A stretch of 64,000 nucleotides of DNA from an uncultured Oscillospiraceae bacterium (GCA_934636655.1 CAKUAS010000011.1:8105-72104), one strand, 5' to 3'. Shown: positions 8,732 to 18,901, numbered from the stretch's first letter. Made by a program: numbers and translations. Notes: generated from the letters alone by a model not told the origin.

Positions 8732-9598
8732 TCACACCTTCTCCGTCAGTTTTTCGCCAAACAGTCCCGTGGGCTTTACAGCGAGTATGATTATAAGGAT
8801 TGCAAATGTAAATGCATCCCTGTATACAGCGAGGTTAAAGGCTACTGCAAGATTTTCAACAATGCCGATTACAAATGCACCGAGCACAGCTCCCGGAATG
8901 GAGCCGATTCCTCCAAACACAGCTGCAACAAAAGCCTTCAATCCGGGCAGTGCGCCTGAGGTCGGCTGAACACCGGTAAACTTCGTGAAATAAAGCATGG
9001 AGCCAATCGCCGCCAGCGCAGAGCCGATAATAAATGTGATGCTTATAACTCGGTTAATGTTAATGCCCATAAGCCTTGCCGTTTCAAAGTCGCGCGAGGC
9101 TGCGCGCATAGCCATGCCGATTTTAGTATGCTTTATGAGAAGCATAAGCGCTACCATGAGAACGATAGCTATTACAGGCGTTATAAAGACGACTGCCTTG
9201 TCACCTATGCCGAACAGCTTTACACGCTCGCTCAGCAAGGGCAAAGCCGGATACTGCTTTGAAAGTCCGCCCGTTATGTACAGCACAAAATTCTGAAGCA
9301 AATAACTGACGCCGATGGCGGAGATCATTACGGACATCCTCGGCGCGCTGCGCAGGGGCTTATATGCGATCCTCTCAATGAGAAATCCGAGCAGTATTGT
9401 AAGCACGAACACCAAAGGCATCGCAATATACACCGGCAGCGATGCGGCAAGGTACACCATCATGATTCCGGCGACCATGAATACATCTCCATGTGCAAAG
9501 TTTATCAGTCTCAGAATGCCATATACCATTGTATAGCCTATGGCTATCAGGGCATATTGCCCGCCGACAGCCAGTCCGGCGATCAAATAATCCAGCAT
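8732..9598 (-). CDS. livH: branched-chain amino acid ABC transporter permease LivH
   Basis: 288-aa polytopic membrane protein, the first permease gene after the binding-protein gene. Confidence 0.85.
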   Translation of the reverse strand: MLDYLIAGLAVGGQYALIAIGYTMVYGILRLINFAHGDVFMVAGIMMVYLAASLPVYIAMPLVFVLTILLGFLIERIAYKPLRSAPRMSVMISAIGVSYLLQNFVLYITGGLSKQYPALPLLSERVKLFGIGDKAVVFITPVIAIVLMVALMLLIKHTKIGMAMRAASRDFETARLMGININRVISITFIIGSALAAIGSMLYFTKFTGVQPTSGALPGLKAFVAAVFGGIGSIPGAVLGAFVIGIVENLAVAFNLAVYRDAFTFAILIIILAVKPTGLFGEKLTEKV

Positions 9599-9650
9599 TA
9601 TTATCTCCGTTTCTTCGACGAATGCTCTAAAACGGCTTCCGCCGATAACT

Positions 9651-9685
9651 GCATTATGCGGTGGATATACTCCACCGCATAATGC
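9651..9685 (-). other. intercistronic 15-bp hairpin between the binding-protein gene and livH
   Basis: Perfect inverted repeat gcattatgcggtgga (9651-9665), loop tatac, tccaccgcataatgc (9671-9685). There is no U-tract on the coding (minus) strand. Confidence 0.6.
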
Positions 9686-9733
9686 ACTGTGTAGTTATTA
9701 ACTGAGTCAAGACGACTCTATCTCAATCCTGTC

Positions 9734-10996
9734 TCAACCGCCGATGAGTTCCTTTGCAAAGCCGGCCATAACGCTGCCCTGGAACGGGTCGAGGAAGCAG
9801 ATACGGAAGTAGTAGTCCTTACCGTCGGTGACCTGCGGGTTGGTGCAGGAGCAGCCGATAGCGGGAACTGCAGCAGCCGCGAAAGTGTCCGCTGCGGCAA
9901 TGGAAACGCCGGAGCCGTAAGAGCCGAGGACAACAAGGCATTTATCGGACACGAGCTTTGCAGCTGCGGTCTTGCCGGTGGTATCGTCGGAGCCGTTGTC
10001 CTGAATGTCAAGCTCAATTTTGTACTCAACACCGTTTACGGTAATGCTGGGCTTGAGGGAGTTAGCATACTGGATGCCGAGAACTTCCTGCTTACCTCCG
10101 GGGCCGTTGTTGCCGGACTGAGGCTCGTAAACGCCGATCTTGATCGTGTTGCCATCAAGAGCGATACCGGTATCCTTGTAGTCAACGGGAGTGCCCTGAG
10201 TGTCGTTGTTTTCAACAGACTGTACCTTAACGAAGCTGAAGGCGCCGTCACCGGCCTGCTTTATGTACGCGCTGTCCTTGATAGCGTCGCCGGTCTGATT
10301 GAACTTGATGGTGCCGGTGACTGCATCTGTAATATTGACTTCCCAAAGAGCCTTCGCAACATCAACGGAGGTGATGCTGCCGCCCTTTGCGTTGAGAGCT
10401 GCCTCGATAGCCGCATATGCGGTATTGTATGCGTCAAAGCCGAGAGCGGAGACCGCTGCGACTATGTCGTTGCCGCCGTTATTGGTGAGACGAACGGAAT
10501 CTGCATTGAGGTACTCCTTGAAGCCCTTAACGAAAGCAGAAGCGGGACCCGAGGTGTCATTCTCGTCAAAGAAGGTTGAGCAGTAAACCTTGAGATCGGT
10601 GCCCTTGACACCGTCAAGGATAACAGAGCTCTCCCAAGTGTCGCCCGCAAGAATGGGAATATCTATACCCTTATCGGCAGCCTGCTGGAGCAGCAGAGCG
10701 GCAACAGTGGTGGAGTTGGGAGCAAATATAACATCCGCATTCTCCTGAGTTGCCTTAACAAGGTACGAGGTGAAATCCGAGGTATCCTTCGGGAAGGACT
10801 CGAATATTACCTTGCCGCCGTTTGACTCAAATGCATCACGGAAATAGGTGCCGAGCCCCTGTGAATAGGTGTCGCCGGTCTCACAAAGAACATAGGCAAT
10901 TTTCTTTCCGCTGTCGCTGCTGTCGCCGCCATTGCCGCATGCGCACAGCGAAAATACCATGAGCATCGCAAGAACAAGTGCTAAAAACTTCTTCAT
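9734..10996 (-). CDS. ABC transporter substrate-binding lipoprotein (Leu/Ile/Val-binding, type I PBP family)
   Basis: 420 aa. Signal peptide with lipobox LCACGNG. First gene of the liv-type operon. Confidence 0.8.
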   Translation of the reverse strand: MKKFLALVLAMLMVFSLCACGNGGDSSDSGKKIAYVLCETGDTYSQGLGTYFRDAFESNGGKVIFESFPKDTSDFTSYLVKATQENADVIFAPNSTTVAALLLQQAADKGIDIPILAGDTWESSVILDGVKGTDLKVYCSTFFDENDTSGPASAFVKGFKEYLNADSVRLTNNGGNDIVAAVSALGFDAYNTAYAAIEAALNAKGGSITSVDVAKALWEVNITDAVTGTIKFNQTGDAIKDSAYIKQAGDGAFSFVKVQSVENNDTQGTPVDYKDTGIALDGNTIKIGVYEPQSGNNGPGGKQEVLGIQYANSLKPSITVNGVEYKIELDIQDNGSDDTTGKTAAAKLVSDKCLVVLGSYGSGVSIAAADTFAAAAVPAIGCSCTNPQVTDGKDYYFRICFLDPFQGSVMAGFAKELIGG

Positions 10997-11082
10997 TGGG
11001 TTTTCCTCCTAATTAAATCTCAACTTTCAACTTTCTCCGTGTCCGCACAAGGCGAACATTTGTCTTTATGTTGATAGTTGGC

Positions 11083-11111
11083 ATTATAAACTACGAAAAA
11101 GCAAATTGCAA
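11083..11111 (-). promoter_or_regulatory. sigma-A type promoter of the liv operon
   Basis: On the reverse strand: TTGCAA (11106-11111), 17 nt, TATAAT (RC of 11083-11088). Confidence 0.55.
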
Positions 11112-11170
11112 CTGTTTTTTGAATATTTTATTAATATAATTCTGACAATGTTTTGAATATGAAATAAAGC

Positions 11171-12391
11171 TTACATTATTTTCGGGCTCGTTCGCCAGTC
11201 CGCGCCGCCCTTTCGTTCTCCGCGTGCGGCATAGCCGAGGACATACAGATCGTGTGCGGCACTGCCGAGTTCAAAGAGTCCGCGGCACTCATCCCCGCAG
11301 CTTTTTACCTCAGCGGGCTTTGTTATGACCGGTATGCGCGACTTTTCGCCCATATCGCGCAGCAGCGAGCAGCCGCGTGAATTTGCCGCCAGAACGCGGG
11401 CATAGGGAGGCGTCTCGGCCGACATCTGTGCGCTTATGCCGAGGGCGGCGCACATTATAATACGGCGTATGCGGCTGAGGGCATAGCGTTTGCTCTTTCC
11501 GGCAGCAAGTATAGCATCGAGCGTGCACTCCTCCTTCGCCGCGCGGGCAATGCGGTTGTGCAGCCCCTCCCCCGTGTCCGGAAGGCCTGCATAAGCCTCG
11601 TCCGGCAGCATGCGCAGGCGCGATATTATTGCGCTCTCCAGACTTTCGGGAATCACGGGGCCGCGGCCGAGCTTTTCCTCGCGCCGATAGACGTTGTGGG
11701 CGCTTTCGGGCAGCACCGATGCAATGTCTCTGCCGCTTGATATCATACGGCGTATCTCCGCCGCCGACTTATAGCCCTCACCGGAGAGCTCATCGTGCCC
11801 CGAGCCGAAGCGCTGGACAGTCACAGGCTTTAAGTTAATACCCAGATTGTATATGGCTTTTATGTATTCGACGGCTAGGATATTATTCGGAGTTTCGAGC
11901 TGGCAGGACATTTCGCCGAGGCGCTTTGCCACGGCTCTCTGCCGCGCGGCGGCAAAAGGTATGCCCTCGTCGGCGGCAAGCTCTGCGCGTATATCCGCGC
12001 CGATAAGCGGATCGATAAGCGTCTCCGCGATCGTTTCAAGCACCTCGACCTCGCCGCACTCGCTGCCGAAGCTCAGGTGCGTGACAACTCCTGTTGCACC
12101 CAAAAGCCCTACGGCCCCGCGCGCAAAGCCCTCGGCCGAGGATAATACCCACGGAAGCGGAAGCTCCAGCACAAGGTCAACTCCGCTGCGCGCCGCGGCC
12201 TCGGCTCGCGCGAACTTTGAGTACACCGCTGCCTCACCGCGCTGGATGAAATCGCCCGACATCACGCACACCACGGGGCAGTCCTCGCCCATGAGCTTTT
12301 TTGTCTCCGCGATATGGTGCATATGTCCATAATGGAAGGGATTATACTCTCCTACTATGCCAATTACGCTCAAATCATTCATCCCTTTCAA
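11171..12391 (-). CDS. tmcAL: tRNA(Met) cytidine acetate ligase (UPF0348/YlbM nucleotidyltransferase family)
   Basis: 406 aa. N-terminal HxGH-type motif GEYNPFHYGHMHHI and the overall YlbM-like layout. The start is uncertain: TTG at 12391 or ATG at 12382. Confidence 0.75.
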   Translation of the reverse strand: MKGMNDLSVIGIVGEYNPFHYGHMHHIAETKKLMGEDCPVVCVMSGDFIQRGEAAVYSKFARAEAAARSGVDLVLELPLPWVLSSAEGFARGAVGLLGATGVVTHLSFGSECGEVEVLETIAETLIDPLIGADIRAELAADEGIPFAAARQRAVAKRLGEMSCQLETPNNILAVEYIKAIYNLGINLKPVTVQRFGSGHDELSGEGYKSAAEIRRMISSGRDIASVLPESAHNVYRREEKLGRGPVIPESLESAIISRLRMLPDEAYAGLPDTGEGLHNRIARAAKEECTLDAILAAGKSKRYALSRIRRIIMCAALGISAQMSAETPPYARVLAANSRGCSLLRDMGEKSRIPVITKPAEVKSCGDECRGLFELGSAAHDLYVLGYAARGERKGGADWRTSPKIM

Positions 12392-12490
12392 AAATTACTT
12401 GATTTTTGTGCAAAATGTATTAAAATAATTTAGGTATGCTTTAATGATACAATTTTTTTGTGATTTTTACAATAAGAAAGGAATACCGGA

Positions 12491-13687
12491 ATGAAAATTC
12501 TTGTTATCAACGCAGGCAGCTCCTCCCTGAAGTATCAGCTCATCGACATGGAGACCGAGTCCGTCATGGCCAAGGGTCTTTGCGAGCGCATCGGCATCGA
12601 CGGTCACCTCAAGCACAGCCCGCTGGTCGGCGGCAAGCCCGTATTTGACGAGGATCTTGCAATGCCCACCCACGCAGAGGCAATAGCCGCTGTTATAGAC
12701 AAGCTCACCAGCGCCGAGTACGGCGTTGTTGCCTCCATGAAGGAGATCGACGCTGTCGGCCACCGCGTCGTTCACGGCGGCGAGAAGTTCGCTTCCTCCG
12801 TGCGCATCGACGATGCCGTCATGGAAGCTCTAAAGGAGTGCACTCCCTTTGCTCCCCTGCACAACCCCGCAAATATCATCGGCATCAACGCCTGCCGCGA
12901 CGTTATGGGCGACGTTCCCATGGTCGCAGTGTTCGACACCGCTTTCCACCAGACCATGCCCGGCAAGGCTTACATGTACGCCGTTCCCTATGAATATTAC
13001 AAGAATGACGGCATCCGCCGCTACGGCTTCCACGGCACCTCCCACCGCTATGTTTCCGGCCGCTGCGCAGAGCTCATGGGCAAGCCCATCGGGGAGCTCA
13101 AGATCGTCTCCTGCCATATGGGCAACGGCAGCTCCATCGCCGCTATCGACGGCGGCAAGTGCGTCGACACCTCCATGGGCTTCACTCCCCTGGTCGGCCT
13201 CCCCATGGGTACCCGCTGCGGCGATCTGGACGCAGGCGTTATCCAGTTTATCATGAACAAATACGGCATCAGCATCGACGAGATGCTCAACATACTCAAC
13301 AAGAAGTCCGGTGTTCTGGGCGTTTCCGGCGTTTCCTCCGACTTCCGCGATCTCGACAACGCCGCTGCCGAGGGCAACGAGCGCGCACAGCTGGCACTGG
13401 ATATGTTCCATTACTGGGTCGCAAAGGTCGCAGGCTCTTATGTTGCAGCAATGAACGGCGTTGACGCCATCGTATTCACCGCAGGCGTAGGCGAAAACTC
13501 CAAGAGCTCCCGCAAGGCCATTGCCGAGTACTTCGGCTATCTGGGAGTTACCATTGACGACGAGGCAAACTCCAAGCGCGGCGAGGATATCATGATCTCC
13601 ACCCCCGATTCCAAGGTCAAGGTCTTCGTTATTCCCACCAATGAAGAGCTCGTCATTGCACGCGATACCCGCGACATAGTCGGCTAA
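12491..13687 (+). CDS. ackA: acetate kinase
   Basis: 398 aa. The N-terminus [17 protein letters not shown] and the size are typical of AckA. Confidence 0.95.
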   Translation: MKILVINAGSSSLKYQLIDMETESVMAKGLCERIGIDGHLKHSPLVGGKPVFDEDLAMPTHAEAIAAVIDKLTSAEYGVVASMKEIDAVGHRVVHGGEKFASSVRIDDAVMEALKECTPFAPLHNPANIIGINACRDVMGDVPMVAVFDTAFHQTMPGKAYMYAVPYEYYKNDGIRRYGFHGTSHRYVSGRCAELMGKPIGELKIVSCHMGNGSSIAAIDGGKCVDTSMGFTPLVGLPMGTRCGDLDAGVIQFIMNKYGISIDEMLNILNKKSGVLGVSGVSSDFRDLDNAAAEGNERAQLALDMFHYWVAKVAGSYVAAMNGVDAIVFTAGVGENSKSSRKAIAEYFGYLGVTIDDEANSKRGEDIMISTPDSKVKVFVIPTNEELVIARDTRDIVG

Positions 13688-13698
13688 TCCGAAAAACA

Positions 13699-13737
13699 CG
13701 CTGCCGTCCCTGCAAACGCAGAGGCGGCAGTTTTTTG
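13699..13737 (+). terminator. intrinsic terminator of ackA
   Basis: Stem ctgccg...cggcag with inner ctgc/gcag pairs, followed by TTTTTT at 13731-13736. Confidence 0.7.
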
Positions 13738-13747
13738 TCCGCTGTTG

Positions 13748-15265
13748 TTATAATAATGGAGCGATGACTCGCAGTATGCGATCAAGAAGCTCGCCGAAAA
13801 AGCTCGTGTGGCAATCGGCAAGCTCTATTTTGCGGCATTTTTCGATCGTAGCAAGGTCGTCATTTCTCAGGTCGATTACCGCCGGGCTGTCATAAAAGAG
13901 CGTTCCGCATTCAAAGTGCAGATACAGGCTGCGATAGTCCATGTTTATTGTTCCGACGACGCCGAGCTTATCGTCGGAAACATAGCTTTTTGCGTGTATA
14001 AAGCCCGGCGTGTACTCATATATCTTAACTCCTGCACGGATGAGAGAAGCATAGTACGACCTTGTCAGGCGGTATACGATCTTTTTATCCGGTATTCCCG
14101 GGGTAATAAGGCGCACATCTACGCCGCGCTTTGCCGCAAGACATAGAGCATTTTGCAGACTGCTGTCAATGGCAAGGTACGGCGTTGTTATATAAACGTA
14201 GTCGTTTGCGGTGTAGAGTATATCTGCATATACGCTCTCGCTCGTGTTTTCATCGTCAAGCGGACTGTCGGAAAAGCTGAGAATATAACCGTCGCTTTCG
14301 CTGCCGCTCTCCTCGTACTTTTCGGGCAAATAGTCGCCGTAAGCACCCTCTTTTTCCTCAAAGGCGTTCCACATTTCAAGAAACATGAGAGTCAGGTTCT
14401 CAACGCCCGGGCCCTTGAACATGAGTCCCGTGTCCTTCCAGTGTCCGAAGCGCTCTTTTTGGTTTATATACTCATCGCTTATATTTATGCCGCCTATGAA
14501 GCCGGCCTTACCGTCGATTACCGTTATCTTCCGATGGTCGCGGTTATTCATAACAACGCTGACGACGGGCACGAACTTATTGAACGCAAAGGCCTTGATG
14601 CCGTAGCCGCGCAGAGTCTGATAATAGTCTGCCGGGAGATAATCGGCACAGCCCACATCGTCGTATATAACGCGTACATCAACGCCCTGAGCTACCTTGC
14701 GCCGCAGAATATCGAGCACCGAATCCCACATCTGCCCCGAATTTATTATGAAATACTCAAAAAAAATGAACTTTTCCGCCTTCTCGAGCTCCGGCAGAAG
14801 GCTCGCATACATATCCTCACCGACGGGGAAATAGGTCGTTTGCGTATCACGGCACGCTCTGTAGCCGCTGTAGGACTCAAGATAGCGAAAAATGCCGCGC
14901 ACATTGTCATCGTCTATCTCATCGGTGACCGACGGGCGATGTGCATAGTACCGCTGAGTGTCCTCAAGCTGAACGTTCAGCTTCTCACGCACGAATCTTG
15001 TCGGGCGCTTATTACCGAACAGGACGTACATAAGCCCGCCGAAAAGCGGCAAAAGCGCGATAAACAGAACCCAGCTGACCTTGTATGACGGGTCCATATC
15101 GTTTTTTATGACGTGCAGGATGGCGATAAGGCTCAGTATGCGCAGGATATAGTTCATCACCGGCAGCGCATCGCCGAGGCGCAGAACGAGCGCAACTATC
15201 CATACCAGCTGCACAAGGATGAGCACAGCCGTTATCGCGGTTCGTGAAAGCAGTTTTTTCAGCAA
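13748..15265 (-). CDS. cls: cardiolipin synthase
   Basis: 505 aa. Two N-terminal TM helices and two HKD motifs (HRKITVIDG and HAKSYVSDD). TTG start with GAGGA upstream. Confidence 0.9.
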   Translation of the reverse strand: MLKKLLSRTAITAVLILVQLVWIVALVLRLGDALPVMNYILRILSLIAILHVIKNDMDPSYKVSWVLFIALLPLFGGLMYVLFGNKRPTRFVREKLNVQLEDTQRYYAHRPSVTDEIDDDNVRGIFRYLESYSGYRACRDTQTTYFPVGEDMYASLLPELEKAEKFIFFEYFIINSGQMWDSVLDILRRKVAQGVDVRVIYDDVGCADYLPADYYQTLRGYGIKAFAFNKFVPVVSVVMNNRDHRKITVIDGKAGFIGGINISDEYINQKERFGHWKDTGLMFKGPGVENLTLMFLEMWNAFEEKEGAYGDYLPEKYEESGSESDGYILSFSDSPLDDENTSESVYADILYTANDYVYITTPYLAIDSSLQNALCLAAKRGVDVRLITPGIPDKKIVYRLTRSYYASLIRAGVKIYEYTPGFIHAKSYVSDDKLGVVGTINMDYRSLYLHFECGTLFYDSPAVIDLRNDDLATIEKCRKIELADCHTSFFGELLDRILRVIAPLL

Positions 15266-15432
15266 TCGGGTATCCTCATTTCTCTTTATTCTTCTATTAA
15301 TATTATATTATCTCATGTTCGTTCGCGTTTTGCAATATCCGCATGAAAAAACGCGACCGCCGGCGCTCCTTGACGCACGGGGCCGATTCTGATAAAATCT
15401 TGCTGTTAATATGCATTATCGGAGGTCGACAG

Positions 15433-16461
15433 GTGGATACGGGAAACTCGCTTTCAGCAGCCAAAAAGACGCAGATATACGATTTCATAAAAATAGCGGT
15501 GGAAATACTTGTCGTGCTTCAGCACATAACGGTCATGTATTCCGATCATGCTGCTGTTCCTCAAATAATGTCCTCGCGCCTGCTGGCATCGGTGTACGCC
15601 GTACTCGCCGTAGCCACAATGCCTATATTCATGTGCATCTGCGGAGCTGTTTACGACTATTGCATCAGCATAGGAAAATACCAGAACCGGCTGCGCTTTA
15701 TCGGAAACAAGTTTAAGCGTCTTATGATCCCGTACTATGTTTTCAGCGCGCTCATCGTCGCGCCGGTGGTCATAAAAGTCGGCGTCGTTTCGTGGTCGTA
15801 CCAGGAGTTTCTCATCCGCGGCACGCTGCTCGGCGGACTTACGAGACATTTGTGGTTCTGCATGTCGCTGTTCTGCATTTTCATTCTTTGCGCACTGCTG
15901 CGCGATGTTCTCAAAAAGTGTCCGCCCTTTATCATTCTCCCGATAGTCGCCGTCATGTCGTACATCGGGACGCGCTGGAGCGCACCGTATTTCCAGCTCC
16001 ACCAGACGCTGCACTACATTCTGTATTTCTACGTCGGCACGCTTATAAACAGCAATTGGGATAAATTCGCCGGGTTTATCAAAAAGCATTATATCATATG
16101 CCTGATCCTCTCCGCGGCAGCATGGCTTAGCATACTCGCCTCCGCGCATTTGAGATATCTTGCGGCGTTCGGCTCAATACTGTTTATATTTGCAGTTTCC
16201 ATGCCCGTTGGCATCCCGAACCTCGAGCGGCACTCCTCCTATACTCTGCTCAAGCGCGACAGCTTCGGCATATATCTTCTGCACCCAATGATGATATATC
16301 TTATCTTCCACGCCTTCCGTGACAGCACGGTAAATCCCTATCTCATAAGCGTCGTGACCTTCGTTGTGGTGTACTCCGCCTCGATAGTGATAACCGAAAT
16401 AATACGAAAGCTGCATCTCGGTGTCATAATCGGTGAAAAAAGCCTTAAAAGCTCGCGATAA
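15433..16461 (+). CDS. acyltransferase family 3 membrane protein
   Basis: Polytopic. The N-terminal pattern IYDFIKIAVEILVVLQH is typical of Acyl_transf_3. A GTG at 15433 lies 7 nt after GGAGG (15421-15425) and is preferred over the ORF-track start at 15343. Confidence 0.7.
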   Translation: MDTGNSLSAAKKTQIYDFIKIAVEILVVLQHITVMYSDHAAVPQIMSSRLLASVYAVLAVATMPIFMCICGAVYDYCISIGKYQNRLRFIGNKFKRLMIPYYVFSALIVAPVVIKVGVVSWSYQEFLIRGTLLGGLTRHLWFCMSLFCIFILCALLRDVLKKCPPFIILPIVAVMSYIGTRWSAPYFQLHQTLHYILYFYVGTLINSNWDKFAGFIKKHYIICLILSAAAWLSILASAHLRYLAAFGSILFIFAVSMPVGIPNLERHSSYTLLKRDSFGIYLLHPMMIYLIFHAFRDSTVNPYLISVVTFVVVYSASIVITEIIRKLHLGVIIGEKSLKSSR

Positions 16462-16474
16462 ACGGCAAAAACGC

Positions 16475-16503
16475 TTGACATTCAGGGGCTGCCGTGATAT
16501 GCT
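16475..16503 (+). promoter_or_regulatory. sigma-A type promoter of rplU-rpmA
   Basis: TTGACA at 16475-16480, 17 nt, TATGCT at 16498-16503. Confidence 0.55.
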
Positions 16504-16509
16504 ATTCGA

Positions 16510-16587
16510 GCCGCATTGAATGGGTCGGAAGTCCGGAGCTTGTCCGGCACCCATGAGAGCGAGACCTGAAGAAAGGATTGTTAGTTT
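16510..16587 (+). ncRNA. possible L21 ribosomal-protein leader
   Basis: About 78 nt of 5' UTR with a nested stem (ATGGGT...ACCCAT enclosing CCGG agcttgt CCGG), in the position of the Firmicute L21 leader. Not verified against a covariance model. Confidence 0.35.
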
Positions 16588-16902
16588 ATGAAGCATGCTA
16601 TCATCATGACCGGCGGCAAGCAGTACCGCGTGGCAGAGGGCGACGTTATCTTCGTTGAGAAGCTTGACGTTGAAGCCGGCGAGACCGTTAAGTTTGACAA
16701 GGTTCTCGCAGTTATCGACGGCGACAGCACCGTTTTCGGCGCTCCTGTTATCGACGGCGCTACCGTTTCCGCAAATGTCGTCAAGAACGGCAAGGGCAAG
16801 AAGGTTCGCGTTTACAAGATGAAGCCCAAAAAGGGTTATCGCAGAACGCAGGGTCACAGACAGCCCTATACCAAGGTTCAGATCGAAACCATCAACGCAT
16901 AA
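16588..16902 (+). CDS. rplU: 50S ribosomal protein L21
   Basis: [26 protein letters not shown] is the canonical L21 N-terminus. Confidence 0.95.
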   Translation: MKHAIIMTGGKQYRVAEGDVIFVEKLDVEAGETVKFDKVLAVIDGDSTVFGAPVIDGATVSANVVKNGKGKKVRVYKMKPKKGYRRTQGHRQPYTKVQIETINA

Positions 16903-16940
16903 TTTTCCCCGCTACTACTGATAATGGAGGTGTAACCTTA

Positions 16941-17204
16941 ATGGCACATAAAAAAGGTATGGGTTCTACCAAGAACGGCCGCGACAGTGAGTCTAAGCGT
17001 CTTGGTGTCAAAAGAGCAGACGGTCAGTTCGTCCTGGCCGGAAATATCCTCGTCAGACAGCGCGGAACTAAGATCCATCCCGGCACCAACGTTGGCAAGG
17101 GTAAGGACGACACCCTGTTCGCTCTCGTAGACGGCAAGGTAAAGTTCGAGCGCAAGGATAAGGATCGCAAGCAGGTTTCTGTTTACGAAGAGATCGCTCA
17201 GTAA
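16941..17204 (+). CDS. rpmA: 50S ribosomal protein L27 (short form, no N-terminal propeptide)
   Basis: [29 protein letters not shown] is an L27 starting at the mature-type N-terminus. Confidence 0.95.
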   Translation: MAHKKGMGSTKNGRDSESKRLGVKRADGQFVLAGNILVRQRGTKIHPGTNVGKGKDDTLFALVDGKVKFERKDKDRKQVSVYEEIAQ

Positions 17205-17216
17205 ATTAACATGACG

Positions 17217-17250
17217 ATGCCGGACGAAGCTTTCGTCCGGCATTTATTAT
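17217..17250 (+). terminator. hairpin terminator after rpmA
   Basis: Stem atgccggacgaa / ttcgtccggcat with a 3-nt loop, followed by TTATTAT. Confidence 0.55.
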
Positions 17251-17341
17251 AGGGTTCTGTCATGCAGATAACTTTGCGGCCTTTGGCGGCTCTTTTGAGC
17301 CGGAAATTCAATAAACACCAATATTTATAGTGAGGTGAAAT

Positions 17342-18625
17342 ATGGCTACCTCTTTTGTTGATAAAGCACGGATAACGATAAAGGCCGGAAACGGCGGCAA
17401 CGGAGCTGTCGCGTTCCACCGCGAGAAATACGTCGCGGCAGGCGGCCCGGACGGCGGCGACGGCGGTAAGGGCGGCGATATCGTTTTCGTTGTTGACGAC
17501 AACATGTCCACTCTGATGGACTTCAGATACAAGCGCAAGTACGTCGCCGGAACAGGCGCGGACGGACAGGGCAAGCGCTGCTCCGGTAAGGACGGCGAGA
17601 GCCTTTATATCCGCGTTCCGCGCGGCACGCTCGTGCGTGATACCGAGACCGGCGGCATAATGCACGATATGTCCGACGGCAAGCCCTTCATCGCCGCTCG
17701 CGGCGGCAAGGGCGGCTGGGGCAACAAGCATTTCGCAACGCCTACGAGGCAGGTCCCGCGTTTTGCAAAGCCCGGCCTTCCCGGCGAAGCGCACGATATC
17801 ACACTTGAATTAAAGCTTCTGGCCGATGTTGGGCTGGTCGGCTTCCCAAATGTGGGCAAGTCCACCCTGCTGTCGGTCGTAAGCAAGGCACACCCGAAGA
17901 TCGCCAACTACCATTTCACAACGCTGTTCCCCAATCTCGGCGTTGTGTATGTAGACGAGGGCCGCTCCTTTGTCATGGCCGATATCCCCGGCATAATCGA
18001 GGGTGCATCCGAGGGTGCCGGGCTCGGCCACGATTTTCTGCGGCACATTGACCGCTGCCGATTGCTCATACATCTCGTTGACGTTTCCGGCTCCGAGGGG
18101 CGCGACCCGGTCGAGGATTTCGATGCCATAAACGCCGAGCTCAAAGAATACTCCGCCGAGCTCGCCGAGCGCAAGCAGATAGTTGCGGCAAACAAGTGCG
18201 ACCTGTGCGGCGACGACCGCGAAAACATTGAGCGACTCAAAGCGCACGTTGAGGCTCTCGGCTACGGATTCTTTGAGATGAGCGCCGCAACGCATCACGG
18301 AACGCGTGAGCTCGTCAACATGGCGGCCGAGCAGCTAAGCGAGCTTCCCCCTGTCATTCACTTCGAAGCAGACTATGTTCCGCCCGAGCCCGTTATCGAT
18401 ACGTCCGAGGATATTACGATCGAAAAATACGATGACGTTTGGGTCGTCGAAGGAGGCTGGCTGCAAAGACTTATGGCTTCCGTCAACTTCTCGGACAATG
18501 AGAGCATGATGTACTTTAACCGAGTCCTGCGCGATAACGGGGTTTATCAGCGCATGGAGGATATGGGCATTTGTGACGGCGACACAGTCAGCATCTATAA
18601 CCTCGAGTTTGAGTACCGTGATTGA
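17342..18625 (+). CDS. obg: GTPase Obg
   Basis: Gly-rich Obg fold at the N-terminus (GGNGAVAFHREKYV..GGDGGKGG). G motifs GFPNVGKST, DIPGIIEGA and NKCD. C-terminal extension present. Confidence 0.95.
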   Translation: MATSFVDKARITIKAGNGGNGAVAFHREKYVAAGGPDGGDGGKGGDIVFVVDDNMSTLMDFRYKRKYVAGTGADGQGKRCSGKDGESLYIRVPRGTLVRDTETGGIMHDMSDGKPFIAARGGKGGWGNKHFATPTRQVPRFAKPGLPGEAHDITLELKLLADVGLVGFPNVGKSTLLSVVSKAHPKIANYHFTTLFPNLGVVYVDEGRSFVMADIPGIIEGASEGAGLGHDFLRHIDRCRLLIHLVDVSGSEGRDPVEDFDAINAELKEYSAELAERKQIVAANKCDLCGDDRENIERLKAHVEALGYGFFEMSAATHHGTRELVNMAAEQLSELPPVIHFEADYVPPEPVIDTSEDITIEKYDDVWVVEGGWLQRLMASVNFSDNESMMYFNRVLRDNGVYQRMEDMGICDGDTVSIYNLEFEYRD

Positions 18626-18647
18626 TGCTTTTATATTTAATAATGTA

Positions 18648-18685
18648 GAAAAACGATGCCTGTTTTCCCAGGCATCGTTTTCTTT
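18648..18685. terminator. bidirectional terminator between obg and the SASP gene
   Basis: 13-bp stem aaaacgatgcctg / caggcatcgtttt, flanked by an A-run and a T-run. Confidence 0.7.
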
Positions 18686-18700
18686 CTCTCTTATCAAAGA

Positions 18701-18901
18701 TTACTTCAGGCCGTTCTCGTATGCCTGGATCATCTTTTTGACCATCTGGCCACCGACAGAGCCGGCCTGGCGAGCAGTGATGTCGCCGTTATAACCGTTC
18801 TTCAGGTTTACGCCAACCTCGTTAGCTGCCTCCATCTTAAACTTCTCCATTGCCTCGCGTGCAGCAGGGACAACAAGATGATTGCTGGAATTGTTAGACA
18901 T
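18701..18901 (-). CDS. alpha/beta-type small acid-soluble spore protein
   Basis: MSNNSSNHLVVPAAREAMEKFKMEAANEVGV..ITARQAGSVGGQMVKKMI is the conserved SASP core. AGGAG lies upstream of the ATG at 18901, so the ORF-track N-terminus is over-extended. A possible forespore-type promoter (GAATA ... GGCAATGATA, RC of about 18952-18982) is weak evidence only. Confidence 0.9.
   Translation of the reverse strand: MSNNSSNHLVVPAAREAMEKFKMEAANEVGVNLKNGYNGDITARQAGSVGGQMVKKMIQAYENGLK

Noticed and set aside
11112-11170. A CodY box (AATTTTCWGAAAATT) upstream of the liv operon, around aacattgtcagaattat.
   Set aside because: The best alignment has 5-6 mismatches out of 15, which is not convincing by eye.
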